Assembly: GCA_028280285.1 (NCBI GenBank)
Contig: JANQMA010000017.1
Coordinates: 993 to 64,992 of the forward strand
Origin: Candidatus Omnitrophota bacterium
GTDB lineage: Bacteria > Omnitrophota > Gorgyraeia > Zapsychrales > Zapsychraceae
Length of the DNA stretch: 64,000 nt
Direction of reading: 5' to 3'
Positions 59,149 to 64,000 of the stretch are shown here, in pieces. Both the position numbers and the translations under genes were made by a program. The notes beneath the pieces were generated by a model. The model ran no database searches. It had not been told where the DNA came from and was given only the letters and a program-made list of their open reading frames with translations. How positions within the stretch are numbered: position 1 is the first letter of the stretch; the number at the start of each line of letters is the position of its first letter.

Positions 59149-59598
59149 ATGAAAATCATCATTCAACGCGTCAAACAGGCCCAAGTCGATGTCGACGGGA
59201 AAACCGTCGGTCAAATCGGGGGCGGGGTGCTTGTTTTTTTAGGGGTAGCGCAAAACGATACCCAAGACGATGCCGACTATCTTGTGCGTAAAGTTTCTGA
59301 GTTGCGTATGTTTGAAGATGATGAAGGTAAGATGAACTTATCGGCTCTTGATAAGAAAAGTGAATTTCTGATTATTTCCCAGTTCACCCTTTACGGTAAT
59401 TGCGATAAAGGCAGACGTCCGAGTTTTAATGACGCCGCCAAGCCTGATATTGCCATTCCATTGTATGAATATTTTGTTAAGCAATTGCGCGGATTAGATG
59501 TGAAAGTCGAAACCGGTGAGTTTCAAGCGATGATGGATGTTAAGCTTGTGAATGACGGGCCGGTTACGTTTATTATTGAGAGCAAGAGGGATAAATAA
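59149..59598 (+). CDS. dtd: D-aminoacyl-tRNA deacylase
   Basis: MKIIIQRVKQAQVDVDGKTVGQIGGGVLVFLGV...SQFTLYG and the C-terminal ...NDGPVTF. Confidence 0.88.
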   Translation: MKIIIQRVKQAQVDVDGKTVGQIGGGVLVFLGVAQNDTQDDADYLVRKVSELRMFEDDEGKMNLSALDKKSEFLIISQFTLYGNCDKGRRPSFNDAAKPDIAIPLYEYFVKQLRGLDVKVETGEFQAMMDVKLVNDGPVTFIIESKRDK

Positions 59599-59606
59599 AA
59601 TTATCA

Positions 59607-59672
59607 CGTAGGGGCGGCTCGTGAGCCGCCCTAAAATGTCGATGAATTAGGGTCGCTCACGAGCGCCCCCTA
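59607..59672. repeat. GC-rich palindromic element after dtd (GTAGGGGCGG family)
   Basis: GTAGGGGCGGCTCGTGAGCCGCCCTA ... TAGGGTCGCTCACGAGCGCCCCCTAC. Related hairpins GGGCCGACACATTGGTCGGCCC and GTAGGGGCGGAGCAATGTCTCCGCCC lie at 59064-59135. Confidence 0.7.
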
Positions 59673-59683
59673 CAGGAATATTA

Positions 59684-60457
59684 ATGGGCATTATTGACAC
59701 CCATTGTCATTTGGACCAAATTGAGAATTTAGACGATGTTCTCCAACGGGCGACAGAGGCTAACGTTGAGGCCATTGTAGCGATTGCGATGAACCTTGAA
59801 TCGTCTAAAAATATTCTCGCTTTAAAAGAGAAGATTCAAACGCCGCAAATATGCATCGGCCTTGGCATGCATCCTGCCGAGACGAATCTTGACGAGCTCG
59901 ATGAACTGAAAACATTAATCTACGATAATAAGGATAGGCTTCATGCTATTGGTGAGATCGGCCTTGATTATTGGTACAAATGGGTGCGCAACGATGAGGC
60001 AAAAAAAGAAGAGCAGCGCAGGGCCTTTCGCGCACTTCTTGAAGTGGCACGTGATTTGGACCTTCCGGTGGTGGTTCACTCTCGAGGCGCCTGGCAAGAT
60101 GCGTATGATATGGTGTGTGATGTCGGTGTTAAAAAGTGCGTGTTTCATTGGTATGACGGATCTTTATCGGTTCTTCAAAATATTATGAAAGACGGTTATT
60201 TTGTTTCCACGACCCCTAATTTGGGTTACAATGCCAATGCGCAAGCAGCCATTAGCCAGGCGAATATCAAGCAGCTTTTAATCGAAACAGATTCTCCTGT
60301 TTATTTTTTGAACCGTAAGACGGATGAAGGATTTAAGGCCGAACCCAAAGAAGTCTGGCGCACGCTTAAGGCCTATGCCAATCTTAAAAACATAAATCAA
60401 CAAGAGGCGCTGGCCATTTTTAATGCCAATGCTAGATCGTTTTTTAATATTATTTAA
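59684..60457 (+). CDS. TatD-family metal-dependent hydrolase
   Basis: IDTHCHLD, EIGLDYW and HSR match the TatD motifs. Confidence 0.88.
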   Translation: MGIIDTHCHLDQIENLDDVLQRATEANVEAIVAIAMNLESSKNILALKEKIQTPQICIGLGMHPAETNLDELDELKTLIYDNKDRLHAIGEIGLDYWYKWVRNDEAKKEEQRRAFRALLEVARDLDLPVVVHSRGAWQDAYDMVCDVGVKKCVFHWYDGSLSVLQNIMKDGYFVSTTPNLGYNANAQAAISQANIKQLLIETDSPVYFLNRKTDEGFKAEPKEVWRTLKAYANLKNINQQEALAIFNANARSFFNII

Positions 60458-60469
60458 CCGGAGTACTGC

Positions 60470-62452
60470 ATGAAAAAAATTTTATTGATTATTTTAGTGA
60501 TCACGCTTTTAGGCGGAGGCACTTATTTGTATTTACAAAAGAGCTCACCCGCAAGTGACTTTGAAAGCATTGTGCCCGATGGACCGATCGCCTACATCGA
60601 AGTAACAGATGCCGAGAAGAATTTAAACCGTTTTATGTCTTCTCAATTTTTTGAAAGCTTGGCCAACTTGGATCCCGGGGAAGTCTCGCCGGTTAGTAAT
60701 CCCCTAAAACAGTTTAGAGAGGCTTTAGAATCGGATGAATCGATCAAATCGTTTATGACGATTGTCAAACATAAGGTTGCCTTGGTGGTCTATGATATCA
60801 ACATTGATTTTGCCCAGACAATGAAGACAACGGAATTTCCTTTGGATCAGATGTTTAAGGTGCTTGAGAGTTTTTATGTGCTCATCGAACTTGATGCTGG
60901 CATGAAGGCGGCCGAAATTATTGCCAGTGCCTTGCAGGCATTTGGCGACGGGGTAAGTGTCGAAAAAAAAGAGCATAGCGGGCACACATATCAAGTTGTT
61001 ACAGCCGGAGTGGATCAGCCGAGCATTTCTTACACACGTTTGGGTAATGTCTTGGTTGTGACCCTTGCTGAAAATGCGATGAGAAAAGCGATTGATGTCA
61101 AAAACGGTGCTCAAACTTCTTTGGCGAGTGATGCCAAGTTTCAGGCAGCGCGCAAAGACACAGCGGGAGATATTTTTGGATATTACAGTTTTGATCATCT
61201 CACGCAGCTGATGGAAACTATGTTTGCATCTGTTCCGGATGATATTGTTAAAAACCAGGCACAAAAGCAATTAACTTTTTTTGAAGGTCTGAATTATGGG
61301 GTGTTTTCCTCCGATTGGGATGAGTTTATCTCAATGCATTGGATTATAGATTATGATAGCGCCAAATTACATAAAGATTATGTCGATAATTACGAGAGTT
61401 GCGTAGGAGAGCAGAATAAGACAATCAAGTTTGTTCCGCAAGATGTGTTGGGATATTATTGGGCCGGATGTATTGACTGGAGGCAAATGCTCGAAGAAGT
61501 CAAACAAGGACTCGGACAAATCCAGAATTCTGCTGCGACCGGTGCAATGGCATTTGCCGAACCGTATCTAAACATATTGGGTAGCGACATGGGCGGATTT
61601 TTAACCGACATTGAACAAGGTGTGTTTCCTATTCCGAATTTAATGCTTTTTATCGGGTTAAATGATGTTGAAGCGGTGCAAACAATGATTGCGCCCTTTT
61701 TAGAAAGTCCGTTTGCCCGTATCGAAGCACTTGACTATGAAGGGCAAAAAGTGTTCAAGGTGCAGCTGCCGGTGAATGTGATCATGCCGGGATACGCCTT
61801 TATCGACAAGCATCTTGTTATTGCCACACACGTGAGTCAGCTACAAGAATCTATTGCTTTATCTAAAGGTAAAGGCAAGTCTCTTACTGATAATGATACA
61901 TACAAAAATATTGGGCTTGGTTCGTCGAAAGATGGCAATAGCGCACAATATTTTGAATTAAGCCGTTTAATGACAAAGTTGTTGGCTTATGAAGATTTTT
62001 CTAAAAGTATGCTCCGTCAGCAAGAAGAAAAAAAGCAAGCGTTTATGGAAGGCAGTGTTAGAAGACTTGAGGATATCCAAACGCGTATTAACCGTAAGCA
62101 AGAGGAGCTTAAGAAACAAGAAGATGAAGTTACTGCCTTGGAAGACGCCCTATTTCTTGATGAAACCAAAGGCCTTGATGTATCGGTCCAAAGGCGGACA
62201 ATTGAAGACCTGCAAAGTGATATGGCAACATTGAAAACGGATATTGAAGTTGCCCGTGAGCAAGAGGCAGACACACAGGCTATTCTTGATTCTTACACAG
62301 ATACTGTTGGTCAAACCGCATCAATAGAGGCCACATTGGATCATGTGGCAGTGCCTTTGCTCAATGCATTAAAAAACATAGATGTCTTTGCCGGAAAGGC
62401 AACCACGACCAAAGACAAGACGAAAACAAAATTCATTTTAAAGGTAAAATAA
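60470..62452 (+). CDS. hypothetical membrane-anchored protein with a C-terminal coiled coil (660 aa)
   Basis: N-terminal TM ILLIILVITLLGGGTYLYL. A long heptad-like region (EEKKQAFMEGSVRRLEDIQTRINRKQEELKKQEDEV...). Confidence 0.5.
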   Translation: MKKILLIILVITLLGGGTYLYLQKSSPASDFESIVPDGPIAYIEVTDAEKNLNRFMSSQFFESLANLDPGEVSPVSNPLKQFREALESDESIKSFMTIVKHKVALVVYDINIDFAQTMKTTEFPLDQMFKVLESFYVLIELDAGMKAAEIIASALQAFGDGVSVEKKEHSGHTYQVVTAGVDQPSISYTRLGNVLVVTLAENAMRKAIDVKNGAQTSLASDAKFQAARKDTAGDIFGYYSFDHLTQLMETMFASVPDDIVKNQAQKQLTFFEGLNYGVFSSDWDEFISMHWIIDYDSAKLHKDYVDNYESCVGEQNKTIKFVPQDVLGYYWAGCIDWRQMLEEVKQGLGQIQNSAATGAMAFAEPYLNILGSDMGGFLTDIEQGVFPIPNLMLFIGLNDVEAVQTMIAPFLESPFARIEALDYEGQKVFKVQLPVNVIMPGYAFIDKHLVIATHVSQLQESIALSKGKGKSLTDNDTYKNIGLGSSKDGNSAQYFELSRLMTKLLAYEDFSKSMLRQQEEKKQAFMEGSVRRLEDIQTRINRKQEELKKQEDEVTALEDALFLDETKGLDVSVQRRTIEDLQSDMATLKTDIEVAREQEADTQAILDSYTDTVGQTASIEATLDHVAVPLLNALKNIDVFAGKATTTKDKTKTKFILKVK

Positions 62453-62841
62453 TGACGCAGTCCCGTTACGATAAGGGGTGGGAGACGCTTGGCAATATTA
62501 ATAGTGAAGCGGGCGAACGCATCCTTAATATGCTTAAAGATATCAGTCCTGATATGGCCAAGCTTGTCATTGAGTTTCCCTATGGCGATATCTGGTCGAG
62601 AAAAGGCCTTGATATTAAAACGCGGGAATTGATTACCATTGCATCGTTGACAACATTGGGATTCCCCAAAGATCAGCTTAAGGCACATACGCACAATGCC
62701 CTTAATGCGGGTTGCAGTAAAGAAGAGATCATTGAGGTGGTTATGCAGATGAGTGTTTATGCGGGATTTCCGGCGGCGCTTAATGCGATGTTTGTGGTGA
62801 AGGAGGTCCTGGAGAGCAGGGGCTTGCTTGAGAATAGCTAA
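62452..62841 (+). CDS. carboxymuconolactone decarboxylase (AhpD-like) family protein
   Basis: TRELITIASLTTLGFPKDQLKAHTHNALNAGCSKEEIIEVVMQMSVYAGFP matches the CMD-family core. The start overlaps the upstream stop by 1 nt. Confidence 0.7.
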   Translation: MTQSRYDKGWETLGNINSEAGERILNMLKDISPDMAKLVIEFPYGDIWSRKGLDIKTRELITIASLTTLGFPKDQLKAHTHNALNAGCSKEEIIEVVMQMSVYAGFPAALNAMFVVKEVLESRGLLENS

Positions 62842-62842
62842 T

Positions 62843-62913
62843 GGTGGTCTGTGTTCCGTGTTCTGTGTTCTGTATCGTTCCAAGATGACCACTGACCACA
62901 GATCACAGACCAC
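62843..62913. repeat. GTGGTCYGTG-family palindromic element, copy 7 (intergenic, after the CMD gene)
   Basis: GGTGGTCTGTGTTCCGTGTTCTGTGTTCTG ... GACCACTGACCACAGATCACAGACCAC. Confidence 0.85.
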
Positions 62914-62936
62914 TATTATCTAGTTCATACAGCGAG

Positions 62937-63269
62937 ATGGAGCAAGGGATGGAATTTTCATACGGCCAAGGGGCATACAAAGAAGGCGCCAAAGATTTTA
63001 GCGGGCAGATTATCCTTGCCGAGCACAAACTGTTTTTAAGAGACGGGCAAACAGATATTTTAGAAACCTATGTTCCGCTTGAAAAGATTGAAGTTTTATG
63101 TAAAAAGGGAAGCGCAATGACCGTTTTTGTCCGTCCGTCACTTTATTTTCAATATGAGGCTATATTTTCCGGTGAGGCTAAGCATATTAATGAATTGGTG
63201 AAGGATATTGTGAAACGTAGAGGGTTAAAGAAGAAGTTTTGGAAGAGTGAATGGGTGGAAGTTAATTAA
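62937..63269 (+). CDS. hypothetical protein (110 aa)
   Basis: ORF only; no recognisable motifs. Confidence 0.35.
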   Translation: MEQGMEFSYGQGAYKEGAKDFSGQIILAEHKLFLRDGQTDILETYVPLEKIEVLCKKGSAMTVFVRPSLYFQYEAIFSGEAKHINELVKDIVKRRGLKKKFWKSEWVEVN

Positions 63270-63293
63270 TGATCACTTTTCAGCAAGGAATTT

Positions 63294-63479
63294 ATGACCA
63301 ATAAACGTTTAATTGTTCTACTCTTATTGCTTCTGCTCACCCAGCAAGGCTGCCTGGGGGCGCTGATCAATGCACCGTTTCAAATTATCGGTAATGTGTT
63401 TAATATGATCGGACAAATATTTGGTCTTATCGGAAAGATACCTAAGCCGCCGCCCGGCGTTATCCCAGGTGTTTTTTAG
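63294..63479 (+). CDS. small putative secreted/lipo-peptide (61 aa)
   Basis: MTNKRLIVLLLLLLLTQQGC signal-like N-terminus. Weak call. Confidence 0.3.
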   Translation: MTNKRLIVLLLLLLLTQQGCLGALINAPFQIIGNVFNMIGQIFGLIGKIPKPPPGVIPGVF

Positions 63480-63493
63480 CCGGTTAATGTTTT

Positions 63494-64000
63494 ATGTTTA
63501 AAATCACCGCCAAACAATTATTAAATCAAACCGTCCATAAAATTGAAGTTGTAGCGCCGGATATTGCGCGGCGGTTTTCAGCGGGTCAGTTTGTTACGCT
63601 CAGAGTAGAGCCGTCTTCTTATTCCGTGGCGCTGTCGACTGTCTATGTGGATCCGACTAAAGGAACTCTGGCGCTTGTTTTTGACGGGGGTCATCAAGCA
63701 TTTCAAAAGCTCGCCCGTTTAAAGATTGGTGATGAGATTTTTGCCGTACATGGACCGTTAGCACAGTCTTGCCTCCCGCTTAAATTCGGCAAAGTTTTAT
63801 GTGTCAGTGAGAATAATTTTCTTACTAATAATTTATCCCTATGCCGCGGGCTTAAAACGTTTGGTAATAAAGTTATCGGTGTAGCCGGTTTTGAAACCAA
63901 GGCGGATATTATTCTTGAACCGCAGCTTAGGGCTAATTGTGATGACGTGATGATTGTCACCAATGACGGCTCCTATGATCGTAAAGGAACATTGGTCGAT
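63494..64000 (+). CDS. PyrK-like FAD/NAD(P)-binding oxidoreductase subunit (partial; 3' end off-window)
   Basis: FAD-binding beta-barrel motif (FSAGQFVTLRV) and the start of the NAD fold (KVIGVAGFETKADII). Confidence 0.5.
   Translation, partial: MFKITAKQLLNQTVHKIEVVAPDIARRFSAGQFVTLRVEPSSYSVALSTVYVDPTKGTLALVFDGGHQAFQKLARLKIGDEIFAVHGPLAQSCLPLKFGKVLCVSENNFLTNNLSLCRGLKTFGNKVIGVAGFETKADIILEPQLRANCDDVMIVTNDGSYDRKGTLVD

Overview
This 64-kb window is an AT-rich (roughly 40% GC) bacterial chromosomal segment, almost entirely coding on the + strand. I cannot place it taxonomically from the sequence alone. The gene content, the giant ORF and the density of palindromic repeats suggest an uncultivated lineage.

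Gene content, in order:
- A partial AsmA-like envelope protein on the - strand and tRNA-Pro(UGG).
- An alpha-carbonic anhydrase.
- A roughly 19-kb chemosensory cluster: MCP, CheA, CheW, CheD, CheR, an MCP-like sensor without a signalling domain, CheB, a CBS protein, CheY, a CheD-REC fusion, a Cys-rich REC-like protein, three tandem REC-histidine-kinase hybrids (one a degenerate pseudokinase), a CHASE hybrid kinase and a GAF protein.
- tRNA-Arg(UCU) and tRNA-His(GUG), followed by a small islet: HEPN/MNT pair, orphan BrnA-like antitoxin, half-size ChrA, and two PilZ proteins.
- Housekeeping genes: rluA-family, mazG-like, uvrB, coaX, groES/groEL with a CIRCE operator, a CBS-less IMPDH, and guaA carrying an in-frame Lys/Ala-rich histone-H1-like N-terminal extension.
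- A 2504-aa secreted giant ORF.
- Two divergent AbrB-type toxin-antitoxin modules (RelE-like and PIN toxins).
- More housekeeping: dnaE, HU/IHF, hisS, a compact aspS, a LysM lipoprotein, phoH, 7TM-HD, ybeY, recO, dtd, tatD, a CMD-family protein and a partial PyrK-like oxidoreductase.

The most unusual signal is a set of at least seven families of hairpin-forming palindromic repeat elements. Each arm is built from tandem short direct repeats. They occupy nearly every intergenic or terminator position. The 'GTGGTCYGTG' family has 7 copies in the window. Three copies are inserted in frame inside coding sequences (two in the giant ORF, one in ybeY). Two more copies overlap the stop codons of rluA and uvrB, and the rluA copy also encodes its last residues. 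This behaviour resembles the Rickettsia palindromic elements.

The giant ORF also carries about 6 or 7 copies of a GC-rich 55-70-nt module conserved at the nucleotide level (peptide ENAAL..PAPDPAAM), plus a separate GC-rich palindromic in-frame insertion.
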